DNA of 64,000 bases. Source: a virus. A program made the translations under genes and the position numbers. The stretch lies in IMG/VR virus record IMGVR_UViG_3300025137_000014, positions 1-64,000 of that record; one strand, 5' to 3'. Under the pieces are notes generated by a model. That model was not told the DNA's origin. It saw only the letters and a list, made by a program, of their open reading frames with translations, and made no database searches. Positions 48,214 through 57,500 of this stretch are shown one piece after another; within the stretch, counting starts at the first letter, position 1; the number at the start of each line of letters is the position of its first letter.

Positions 48214-48819
48214 ATGCCAAATTTAGTACCAATGGTCATAGACCAAACTGCAAATGGAGAACGTAGCTTTGATATATTCTCTCGTTTGCTCAAAGAAAGA
48301 GTTATATTCTTAACAGGTGAAGTAAATGACTATCAATCTGACTTAATCTGTGCCCAATTTCTGTTCTTAGAAGCAGAAAACCCAAAAAAAGATATACATT
48401 TTTATATCAATTCACCAGGCGGAGCAGTAACAGCCGGAATGGCAATCTATGATACTATGCAATTCATTCAACCAGATGTTTCAACAATGGTTTTAGGACA
48501 AGCATGTAGTATGGGTTCATTGTTGGCAACTGCGGGAGCTCCCGGCAAAAGATTTATGTTACCTCATGCAAGACACATGATACATCAACCAAGTGGCGGC
48601 GCCGGTGGACAGGCAACAGATATGGAAATTCAAGTAAAAGAAATTCTAAAAGTTAAAGAAAGTCTTACGAATATCTATGTTAAACATAACTCAAAAGGCA
48701 AAACATTTAATGATTTACATGCTGATATGGAGCGAGATAAATTTATGGGTCCGGAAGAGTCATTAGAATATGGCTTAATCGACAAGGTTATTAACGAGAG
48801 ACTCGACACTCCACAGTAG
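48214..48819 (+). CDS. clpP: ATP-dependent Clp protease proteolytic subunit
   Basis: [43 protein letters not shown] (Ser), MIHQP (His), MERD (Asp). Confidence 0.95.
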   Translation: MPNLVPMVIDQTANGERSFDIFSRLLKERVIFLTGEVNDYQSDLICAQFLFLEAENPKKDIHFYINSPGGAVTAGMAIYDTMQFIQPDVSTMVLGQACSMGSLLATAGAPGKRFMLPHARHMIHQPSGGAGGQATDMEIQVKEILKVKESLTNIYVKHNSKGKTFNDLHADMERDKFMGPEESLEYGLIDKVINERLDTPQ

Positions 48820-48822
48820 TCC

Positions 48823-48855
48823 AAAACTTGACAAACTAGCGATTCGTGTTATAGT
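48823..48855 (+). promoter_or_regulatory. sigma70-type early promoter with GANTC (GATTC variant)
   Basis: TTGACA 48828, CGATTCG 48840-48846, TGT-TATAGT 48850. Confidence 0.8.
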
Positions 48856-48878
48856 AATATCTTAATAAGGATATTACC

Positions 48879-49856
48879 ATGATAAAAAAGTTAGTAATCG
48901 CTAGTTTGTTCTTATCTTCGTCTGCATTCGCAGATAGCTATGGGTATAGTTACAAAAATCTTACAAATATAATGGATAATAAAACTGCAAATATGATGCA
49001 GTTTTCAGATAACTCCAAGCATATGCCACGTGAACGATTAAAGTTTGGAAACTTTTATGGACGTGATGCATTAGAAATTACATTAAAACAATCTGATACC
49101 GGTAGTATCGGTGATGCTGGTCGTGATATGGGTTGGGGCAATGCCCAACGTATTCAAATACGTGAGAAAGAATATAATCGTGAAATGCGAGACGGAAAAG
49201 AATATTGGTATAAGTTATCAGTATTCATGCCTAAGAATTTAGGAAGTAACAAACACACACTTAGCTTGTTTGATTTAAAATTAAGAAAAAACAAACAAGA
49301 AGGTACTCAAGTATTCTCATGGAATATCACTAATGGTGAATTAAATTTTCAACTTGAAACTGGTGATTGGTTATGTTGGACACGTAAAATAAAAGGTGGG
49401 GCAAATCGTAAACAATGCTCTTTTAACGATAATTTTATCTCAATGCCAAAAAGTCAAAATGCATATCGAAACAAATGGGTTGATGTTGTCATGCAAATCA
49501 ACATGATTAAAGGAAAAGAAATGTTTCGTGTATGGGCAAACAATGAATTAATATTGTCATTTGCTGATGATATCAATCCTTTTGGTCGTGAATTGGGATT
49601 TAAGTTTGGATTATATAGGCATCACATGACTACTAAACTAAAAGACGATGTTGCATATTATTCTGATATCAAACGAGGTAATTCTTGTTTTGATTTGGGT
49701 GTAAACTGTGGTAAATTTATGGATGATTATACTGGTTTTGGTGCATTTAATATGAAGAAAGTGCTACATGTAGAGAAATATGTAGAGAATAATGGACCTA
49801 AACTAAGATTTAATGATATTTGTTACAAAAAAGGGTGTGAAAACTTGACAAAATAG
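48879..49856 (+). CDS. Secreted polysaccharide-lyase-like (beta-jelly-roll) protein
   Basis: Signal peptide (SSAFA); QRIQIRE...EYWYKLSVFMP, WVDVVMQI, FKFGLYR pattern of the Polysacc_lyase/heparin-lyase-like family. Confidence 0.65.
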   Translation: MIKKLVIASLFLSSSAFADSYGYSYKNLTNIMDNKTANMMQFSDNSKHMPRERLKFGNFYGRDALEITLKQSDTGSIGDAGRDMGWGNAQRIQIREKEYNREMRDGKEYWYKLSVFMPKNLGSNKHTLSLFDLKLRKNKQEGTQVFSWNITNGELNFQLETGDWLCWTRKIKGGANRKQCSFNDNFISMPKSQNAYRNKWVDVVMQINMIKGKEMFRVWANNELILSFADDINPFGRELGFKFGLYRHHMTTKLKDDVAYYSDIKRGNSCFDLGVNCGKFMDDYTGFGAFNMKKVLHVEKYVENNGPKLRFNDICYKKGCENLTK

Positions 49857-49872
49857 CGAATCGTAGTATAAT
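49841..49872 (+). promoter_or_regulatory. sigma70-type early promoter with GANTC
   Basis: TTGACA 49845 (inside the last codons of the upstream gene), CGAATCG 49857-49863, TATAAT 49867. Confidence 0.8.
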
Positions 49873-49905
49873 ATACTTATGTTGAATGAAAGAGAGGACT
49901 TAACT

Positions 49906-50253
49906 ATGACTACATACCAAGAAATTGCTAACGAGGCAAAAACACAGGCTGTACAAGCCGTTGACACATTTTTCAATAACGTTCTAAAAGGTGAAGACCA
50001 ATACTCATGTGGTTTTGCATGGGTTACAGTTTATCCTGAAAATAAGGGTAATACTAAACTCGGTAAACAAGAACGTAGAAGTTTAGAATCTATTGGATTT
50101 AAAAAAGACTGGACAGGCAAAGCATGGCAGTTGTGGAATCCAGGTGATTACGCAGGTCAAAATATTGATTGTAAAGAAGAAGGTGCTCAGGCTTATGCTA
50201 AAGTAATGAAATCACATGGCTTCAAAGCATATGCAGGTTCGAGGTTAGACTAA
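49906..50253 (+). CDS. Conserved phage hypothetical protein
   Basis: GAGAGG SD; CGFAWV...KEEGAQAYAKVM...AYAGSRLD pattern. Confidence 0.75.
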   Translation: MTTYQEIANEAKTQAVQAVDTFFNNVLKGEDQYSCGFAWVTVYPENKGNTKLGKQERRSLESIGFKKDWTGKAWQLWNPGDYAGQNIDCKEEGAQAYAKVMKSHGFKAYAGSRLD

Positions 50254-50257
50254 CTAA

Positions 50258-50290
50258 AAAACTTGACAAACTAGCGAATCGTGTTATTAT
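50258..50290 (+). promoter_or_regulatory. sigma70-type early promoter with GANTC
   Basis: TTGACA 50263, CGAATCG 50275-50281, TGT-TATTAT 50285. Confidence 0.8.
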
Positions 50291-50316
50291 AATTACATAA
50301 TCAGAGAGAGGGAACT

Positions 50317-50664
50317 ATGAAATTTAAACTATATCAAATTCATCTTACAGACGCAGAGATTGACCTTATTAACGAAAAAGGTCATGATGCAGTTCACAAA
50401 CAATCACTAAAATTAGACATGGGTCTTGGCAAAAACGATACAGGTCGAGTTGCCGGTGATGCGTTCAATCGAGGTTATTATACTCATGTGAGTAATATAA
50501 CTGCCGAAGGTCTTGAAGATGTATTTCAAATAGGTAACATTGGTCCAGAAGAAAACATTGAGCGATTGGCTCCTATGTATTCTGTTAGTGTTGGTGACAT
50601 AGTAGAAGATGTAGATGGCAACAAATCTGTTGTTGCAAATATGGGTTATAAGGAGGTTGTATAA
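50317..50664 (+). CDS. Hypothetical protein, YodL-like
   Basis: LYQI...LEDVFQIGN...MYSVSVGDIV. Confidence 0.55.
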   Translation: MKFKLYQIHLTDAEIDLINEKGHDAVHKQSLKLDMGLGKNDTGRVAGDAFNRGYYTHVSNITAEGLEDVFQIGNIGPEENIERLAPMYSVSVGDIVEDVDGNKSVVANMGYKEVV

Positions 50665-50912
50665 TGGCAGTAGTTAAAAAAAGTGAAGTGCGTGAGTACG
50701 TAATTGATTTGGATAGTTCGGCTGGTAATGCTTTCTATCTACTTGCAACGTCAAATAAATTAGCAAAGCAATGTGGATTAAATCCATTTAAGCTAATGAA
50801 TGAAATGAAGTCTGGTGATTATATCGAATTGCTAAAAGTAATGGATAAACACTTTGGTCACTTCATTAAGTTCGAAACAAGTAATGAAGAATACTTAAAG
50901 GCTTTTAACTAA
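50664..50912 (+). CDS. Conserved phage hypothetical protein
   Basis: IDLDSSAGNAFYLL...EMKSGDY pattern. Confidence 0.7.
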   Translation: MAVVKKSEVREYVIDLDSSAGNAFYLLATSNKLAKQCGLNPFKLMNEMKSGDYIELLKVMDKHFGHFIKFETSNEEYLKAFN

Positions 50913-51543
50913 AGCCAGGAACAAAACTCCACATCTTAGAAGTTTTTATTTTCATAGCGGCTAGCTTTTCATCGAACTGGCCGTTATTCTTTTTTATATT
51001 AGTTTGAATTTCATCTGTGATATCATACCATTTTTCATTATTAGTTAATGCAATGATAGGATGACGTTCAATTTTATCAACGCCTTCATTAAAGAAATAA
51101 TATAACAATGCATCAAATTGTGGTTGTGATAATTCTTTCTTAACAAACTTTTCTAAAACATTTCCTATATTACGTAATTGCTTTTCCAATATAAAGTTTG
51201 CCATTGGTTTTGTAATCTTGCCTGTGCTAATATTAATTCTTTGTGATGCAACTGTAATATATCCATAACGTAATTCTGTATTTGTTACTTGATATCCATA
51301 ACCTAATATATTGTCTTTCATTTCTAATGATGGTGTATGTGTATCTATGATTGCATTCTTACTCATTTCACTGAACACTAAATCAACAATAGGAAACACA
51401 GTTAATCTAATATGCGATAAAATATAATTAGGTTCGCCGGTTTCTTTATATCCTGTACCCAAATAAGTGCCATTAGGAGTTACAACATTCAACGGAAGTT
51501 GAATGTAATTTAATAATGAACCTTTTTTCTTATCAAATAACAT
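50905..51543 (-). CDS. GH24 lysozyme-like baseplate protein, apparently degenerate
   Basis: ILGYGY and LSQPQFDALLYYFFNEG match phage lysozyme; no clear N-terminal catalytic EG motif. Confidence 0.6.
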   Translation of the reverse strand: MLFDKKKGSLLNYIQLPLNVVTPNGTYLGTGYKETGEPNYILSHIRLTVFPIVDLVFSEMSKNAIIDTHTPSLEMKDNILGYGYQVTNTELRYGYITVASQRINISTGKITKPMANFILEKQLRNIGNVLEKFVKKELSQPQFDALLYYFFNEGVDKIERHPIIALTNNEKWYDITDEIQTNIKKNNGQFDEKLAAMKIKTSKMWSFVPGFS

Positions 51544-51746
51544 TAATTACTATCCTGTTTTACACAATCAAATTGAATTTTATAGTATTCATTTTCTTCC
51601 CAACTTTTCCAATTGGCTTTGTCAATTAACATTTCACATTGACCTAATGATAATGGATTTTTGTTTACATATTGATTGCCCACATAAACCCATTCGGTAC
51701 CGTTAAAGCCCCATATTGTTATTATAAATAGAAATTCTTTCATCAT
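51543..51746 (-). CDS. Small hypothetical protein
   Basis: 67 aa, coupled on both sides. Confidence 0.55.
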   Translation of the reverse strand: MMKEFLFIITIWGFNGTEWVYVGNQYVNKNPLSLGQCEMLIDKANWKSWEENEYYKIQFDCVKQDSN

Positions 51747-53590
51747 GCTAACCTCACATTGGTTGTTCCTGTTACGGAAGAGTTATCTGCGACTTTGTAT
51801 CCACGTGTTAATATATATGCACCACGTTCTGCACTTGCGGCTGAGAAGTGCATTGGATCCCATGGAGCACTCCAGTTACCACCCCAACCTAAACCATGTC
51901 TAGCGGCTATCTCACCAATATTGAGTGGGAAGTCACAACCTTTGTCTGCACCTCTAGTTACACCTGGATTCCAACCTGATGGTCTAGTTTTTGCATATCC
52001 ATTTGGTGCATATGCATTAATATCTATAGCGGCTCCCATTGCATGGAAGCTAGGTCTTGAACCACCTCTTTGATTTCTATTACAGTATCCACCTAATGTT
52101 CTTACCACATATCCTGTTGCTTCTAAATCATCAATCAGTCCTTGGAAGTTAGATTGGAATATTTCGGCAACTTCGCATCCAACACCATTACTTGCACGTA
52201 TTGATGCAAGACCTTCTCCTGGTGGTAGCCCAGGAACATCTTCGGTTTCTTGGTCTCCCTGATTAGCGGCGTCAAATTGTCCGTCTGCACTTGTTGGGTC
52301 TTTTGATATTTCGTTACCTGCTTTTTGTGAATCAGTAGTTGCTTCTGGTGTAGACCCATCGGCCGCCTTTTGTACTGTTTCTGTTCCACGTAAAAACGGT
52401 TCGTGTGTTGGTATCTTAGGTATGATACTTTCGTCTATTTGTGTATTTTCTAAATTCTGTATATCTGGTTGTGCGGCTAATGGTATATCAAAAGCGATAG
52501 AAGCCATAGGACCATTAAGATGCATTTTGCCGTTTACTGTACTAACGTACATATTTGTTTCTACTTTTTGATGCAGTGCTCCACCACTTTCTAAAAACAC
52601 AGAGCCTTTAGTTTTTGTGTGATATTGATTACCTACATTTAAGTTATAATTGTCACCAGTACGTACATTAATCTTTTCACCTGCTTCAAAGTTTATATTT
52701 TTATCTGCACGTAGATTAAAATCTTTTTCAGTACGAATAGACATATTACCTTCAGCATAAACCATAACTTCACCATCTGCACCTATTTCTACCCAACCAG
52801 AACCCGAACTATTAATTGCATATACAAAATCATTTGTACCGTCAACAATAACTTGTGCTCCTGAACCAGTAGAAATTCTTATCTGATTAGGATGAATAGT
52901 GCCATCGTCTCCGACAGACCCATCGTCCATTGTAATACCATTGCCGCCCGGTGTTGTCCAGCCATATACTTTTGATGATTGTGTTGTATTATAATTTGCA
53001 TCACGCAATGGACTTGAAGTAGATTGACCTCGTTTGCTATCTGAGAATATACCTTGACTTGCAGTATTAACATTTCTGTTTGAATTTGCTTGGTCTTTTT
53101 CGTCTGTATTTTGTAAGTCTTCTAATTTAGTTGGTGTTACTTTAGCAACTTTGACATCTTTTGCAATGCCTTCTCCCATACCTGAACCATCTGGATTGGC
53201 TACACCTGCTGAACCTCCTGATACTGTTCCTGGAATTTCTTGTGCTACTGCAAACCAATAACCTTCATTTAATACCCCATTGTCTGCAAAGAAAACTAAT
53301 ATAGTAACCCCACCATCAGGCGGAACAGAGAACATTCCATATGACCCTTGCTTATTAGAACCACCAAAAGGACTTGCATACATAAAGTACATTGGTTCTT
53401 CTGGATCTCCACCAAGTTTAGGTACATAGGCCGCAATACGTCCTCTACCTTCAGGGTCAGGCTTATCTGCTATAGTGATAGCTTTATATATACCACTTTT
53501 GATATTCTGTAAAATAGGGTTTTCTTGTGACTTTCGATTACTCAAAATCGACTTAGCAAGACTGTTTCCTATCATAGATTCATTAGCCAT
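51743..53590 (-). CDS. Baseplate central spike (gp5-like) with C-terminal M15 peptidase
   Basis: gp5 OB-fold DPEGRGRIAAYVP...VPPDGGVTILVFF; beta-helix-type repeats; GGYCNR...SFHAMGAAIDIN...WGGNW...DPMHFS. Confidence 0.8.
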   Translation of the reverse strand: MANESMIGNSLAKSILSNRKSQENPILQNIKSGIYKAITIADKPDPEGRGRIAAYVPKLGGDPEEPMYFMYASPFGGSNKQGSYGMFSVPPDGGVTILVFFADNGVLNEGYWFAVAQEIPGTVSGGSAGVANPDGSGMGEGIAKDVKVAKVTPTKLEDLQNTDEKDQANSNRNVNTASQGIFSDSKRGQSTSSPLRDANYNTTQSSKVYGWTTPGGNGITMDDGSVGDDGTIHPNQIRISTGSGAQVIVDGTNDFVYAINSSGSGWVEIGADGEVMVYAEGNMSIRTEKDFNLRADKNINFEAGEKINVRTGDNYNLNVGNQYHTKTKGSVFLESGGALHQKVETNMYVSTVNGKMHLNGPMASIAFDIPLAAQPDIQNLENTQIDESIIPKIPTHEPFLRGTETVQKAADGSTPEATTDSQKAGNEISKDPTSADGQFDAANQGDQETEDVPGLPPGEGLASIRASNGVGCEVAEIFQSNFQGLIDDLEATGYVVRTLGGYCNRNQRGGSRPSFHAMGAAIDINAYAPNGYAKTRPSGWNPGVTRGADKGCDFPLNIGEIAARHGLGWGGNWSAPWDPMHFSAASAERGAYILTRGYKVADNSSVTGTTNVRLA

Positions 53591-54557
53591 TGTTTATCCT
53601 CTTGTATGCGTCCCAAATTAGATTAGATACTTTTTTCATTGATTTGTCTGACCAATGACCACAATCTAGTGTATCTAGTAAAAAGGTTGCTGGTACTATT
53701 TCTATTTTTCTATTTGCCCTATTCATATCTTTTAGATATTTATGTACAATTTCCCAATCACCTGGTTGGTTATTTGATTGTTCCCAAAACTGTATGTCTA
53801 TGAATATAATATTCCATTTCTTTGCTAGTGTCAACCAATTTAATCTTCTTATAATTACTTCTACGTTTTTTATAAATGAATTTGCAGGTCCACTAAGATG
53901 TAAGTTTGACATTACCCATGCCTCTGTCATTGCATTTGTTGCCTTCTTAGAATACTTGCCAAAGTTTGAGTGCAAATCTTGTAACTCAGGATATTCTGCG
54001 ATACCATCGGAATCATTAAGTGGAGAGATTCCCATCTTCGGTTGAAGTCCTATATGAAAATCCCAACCAACTAAACACTCATTATATAATTCTCTTGATG
54101 GTTTACTTAATCCAGGTGATAATACATTCATATAAAAACTTTGTCGTAACATAGAAGAAAGTCCAACTACAATAGTTTTTGTTTGGTCTGACTTTTCTTC
54201 ATTTGTCCACTGCTCCATTCTTCTCATTATTGCTTCATTTGATGAACCTGGTTTTGCAAGATTTAGAAAAAAGGCGTTGCCGTTGTTATCACTCTTTCTA
54301 TTAAGGAATTGAGATAAGCAATATTTTTTTGGTAATCCATCACCGAATAAAAAACTATCACCGAATATAGCAATAATGTCTTCTTTGTGTTCGTCAAATT
54401 TAGATAAATTAGTTCTTGTTGGCCATTCATTCTCCCAAGTTTCTCTTTCTTCGCCATATCTTTTATCTACTGCATAAGGAGAAAGACGATTGGGTTTCCA
54501 GGCTTTATCATTTTTTAGCTTACTAAAGCATGACCATTCTGTATTAAATTCTTTCAT
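53583..54557 (-). CDS. SGNH-hydrolase-like protein within the baseplate operon
   Basis: IFGDSFLFG, NLAKPGSSN, DCGHWS. Confidence 0.65.
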   Translation of the reverse strand: MKEFNTEWSCFSKLKNDKAWKPNRLSPYAVDKRYGEERETWENEWPTRTNLSKFDEHKEDIIAIFGDSFLFGDGLPKKYCLSQFLNRKSDNNGNAFFLNLAKPGSSNEAIMRRMEQWTNEEKSDQTKTIVVGLSSMLRQSFYMNVLSPGLSKPSRELYNECLVGWDFHIGLQPKMGISPLNDSDGIAEYPELQDLHSNFGKYSKKATNAMTEAWVMSNLHLSGPANSFIKNVEVIIRRLNWLTLAKKWNIIFIDIQFWEQSNNQPGDWEIVHKYLKDMNRANRKIEIVPATFLLDTLDCGHWSDKSMKKVSNLIWDAYKRINNG

Positions 54558-54565
54558 TTCGTATC

Positions 54566-57500
54566 CTATGGCGTTGGCGGGTTAACGATTACAAAATCGC
54601 CTGCGTTAAAATTAATATCAAGTTGTAATGGTCCATTACCATCAGTGTCTACGTCGGTTGCAACTCCGCCAGTACTTGATACTGCTAGGTCTGGATATTC
54701 ATTTGATATTGTATTTTTTACAGTTGAAGTGTTTATTCCTGGTTTATAATATTCAAATGAACCAGGTGTTGCTGTACTGTTTACTAAACCAAAATGTGTT
54801 GCAGGGTCTTGTATTGTTACCTGTTGTCCACTTGCATCGTTGTAAGTTATAGGACCGATAGCACTAAAGTCCAATACTTCCTCAGTCATAGTTACTCCTC
54901 CAACTGTTTCAGTTATTGTTGCTCTCGGTGCCGCCTCAGCTTTATCTAATAATTCATTGTATACAGAAGTAGCATTTTTATATTGATTAACTTGTGATTG
55001 TGATACTTGTCCATTTGTTATTGCATCATCAACATTGGTAATAGAAGTTCCACTAGTATCATTTAGAGTTTCTACTATTGGTATAGCCGCAGTCCCATTT
55101 GGTTCTTTAATAGGTTTTGTGATTTTTTCATATGATATATCACCATTACTATCTTGTACTGCAATTATGCCTGTTGTTACACCATCTTTTGTGTCAAGAC
55201 TTCCTCTTAAATTATTTACTTCTACTTGTAATTCTTCTGCTTTTGCTCTATCTTTATTTCTTCCATAGTTTCCTGTAAAGTAGAAACCATCAATATCATC
55301 TTCAAGTTCAGCTAACTCTGCCTCTTTAGCAGTTAATGTCTCTAATGTTTGAGCATCTTTGACACCTTTAATTGCATCTGCTCTTACTCCTGTTGTTGCA
55401 CTTGTATTAATATCAGATATTGTACTTTCAATATTTTTAACTTCTTCATATTCTCTATCTGTTAAATCGTGTAGCCCTCGACCATCGATTATATCTTGTG
55501 CTTCTTGGTTCAATGCAGAAACTTTATCAGCCTCATTGGCAGTTAGTGTTCCACTTTCAACATTAACATTATAACTTCTAGGGTATAGACCAGTTGCGTA
55601 TGCTTCATGGCTTGAAGAAAATCCTAAGTTGTTGAGTTGAACATCTCCGTCAATTATTGCATTTGGTCCTTCAACACTTTCTGCTTTTACTTGGTCTGAT
55701 ACTTCAAAATCATAAGGATCAACAACATCTAAATTATCCATAATTGATAATGGTTCTTTTTTAATATCATCGTTGCCTTTGATATATCTTTCTGCTTCAA
55801 TTCTGTTTGCTTCATTAATATCATTTAGTTCAGTTTGGTCAATGCCAGTAACGTTTGTTCCTACTGTTGCGTTTCCTGATGCCTCAAGAGCATGGTCTAT
55901 TTCTGCCATAGTCTGTGGAGTAACAATATACCCATTGTCTATAGCTTCATTATATGCATTACGAGTTGACTCTGATACTGAATTGTTTCCTGTTTGATAA
56001 TCTTCTTCTAGTCTTCTTGCAATATCATTTGCAGATTGTTGTACTGCAATACAAGATTGTTGGTGACCCAATGCACATAGTCCCTCAGCCTGTTGTCTAG
56101 CAAGTGCTAATTGTTTTGCAACTGATTCGTTTGGAACTGCATAGTCATTTTGAAAAGATGGATCAAGAAAGTTTCTTGTTGCATTTTGTAATTGTAATAC
56201 TGCATGTGGTCCTGTAGCATCTACATCAACTACATATCTATCACCGTTTTCTGTAACTCCTGTGCCTGCTCCTACTGGTGCAACTATATCTTCTGCCCTT
56301 GCTTTTGCAGAAGTGTCTTCTGCCGCATTTGGGTTTTCTAATCCTGAACTTGTGTCATTAACACCTAATAGTGGATCAACAGTATATTGATATACACTGT
56401 CATTCATTAATTCTGGGTCTGGAGCATCTAATAATGCATTTGCTTTTTGAAATTCTTCTGCGGCTGGTAATTTAACTAAGCCTAATGTTTGTGTAAATAA
56501 TCCACCACTAAATGAACTAATAACAGATTGTACAGAATATACACTTGTCATTAATCTTGTCTTTTTAATACCATCATAATTATTTGAGTCTTGTCCAACA
56601 CGCTCTGGGTCATCTAAAAATACATCCTCTGCTTTATCAGATACTAATATAAGATAGTTGGCGCCATTAATTTTAGAAAGATGCATCTTGTAATCTTCAA
56701 GTGAATTCTTATTACCAAACTTTGCCTTCTCCATAGAGGGAGATAAAATACTATCAACCCAATATGGGTCACCTTTGATTGTCATTTGAATGTTCAACAT
56801 ACTTAAATTATTATTTCTACCTTCGTAATATTTTGCCATTGCGACTTCAATATTTTCTTGGTCTGCTGATTTAATAACATTTAAGTTAGTAGGATTTGAT
56901 AATAATGATTTTGTAATACGTGAAAAGTTAACTGGATTTTCTACTAATGCTTTTAGTAAACTAGAAAATTGGTCTTTACTTAACTTATTAATCATTTCCT
57001 TATCTAGGTCTTCGGTTAGTATAAGTTCTTGTCCTTCACTGCCCGGATACAATCCAAGGTCATTCCAGTTATTGGCTATCATACTTGTACTTTCAACAAT
57101 TTTAGTTGAGTACAAATGTCCTAATGCTTCACGCATAACTTCATTTTGTGTTAGTTCATTTTCTTTTTGACCTGTTAATGTTGTATTGAGGCTTCCCTTT
57201 ATTTCTTGAATTTTATTGTGTAATTTATTATAATTTTCACGTGTTTCGCCTTTTAAAATCTCTTGCAAGATTTCGTATTCTTCTGTGTCAGTATCAAACA
57301 TAGATGCCATTTGATTAGCATCTGCCCCATTAACTGAATTCATTATATCTAAGACATCTGTTGCATTATCGGGTCCAGTTATTCTTCTGCTAACTCTTTC
57401 TTTAAATTCGTTTCTTATAGCATCGTTCATTGCCTCAAATTTTTTCTCATATTGGCCTCTTGCTGTTTCCAACATTCCTATGCCGTCTTTTAATCCAGTT

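Noticed and set aside
48214-48819. ClpP as the prohead maturation protease
   Set aside because: It is canonical host-like ClpP, not adjacent to portal or capsid genes, and lies on the opposite strand under a sigma70 promoter.
376-50290. Repeated AAAACTTGACA...GAATC elements as a CRISPR array or att sites
   Set aside because: They are irregularly spaced, separated by whole genes, and match -35/-10 promoter geometry.
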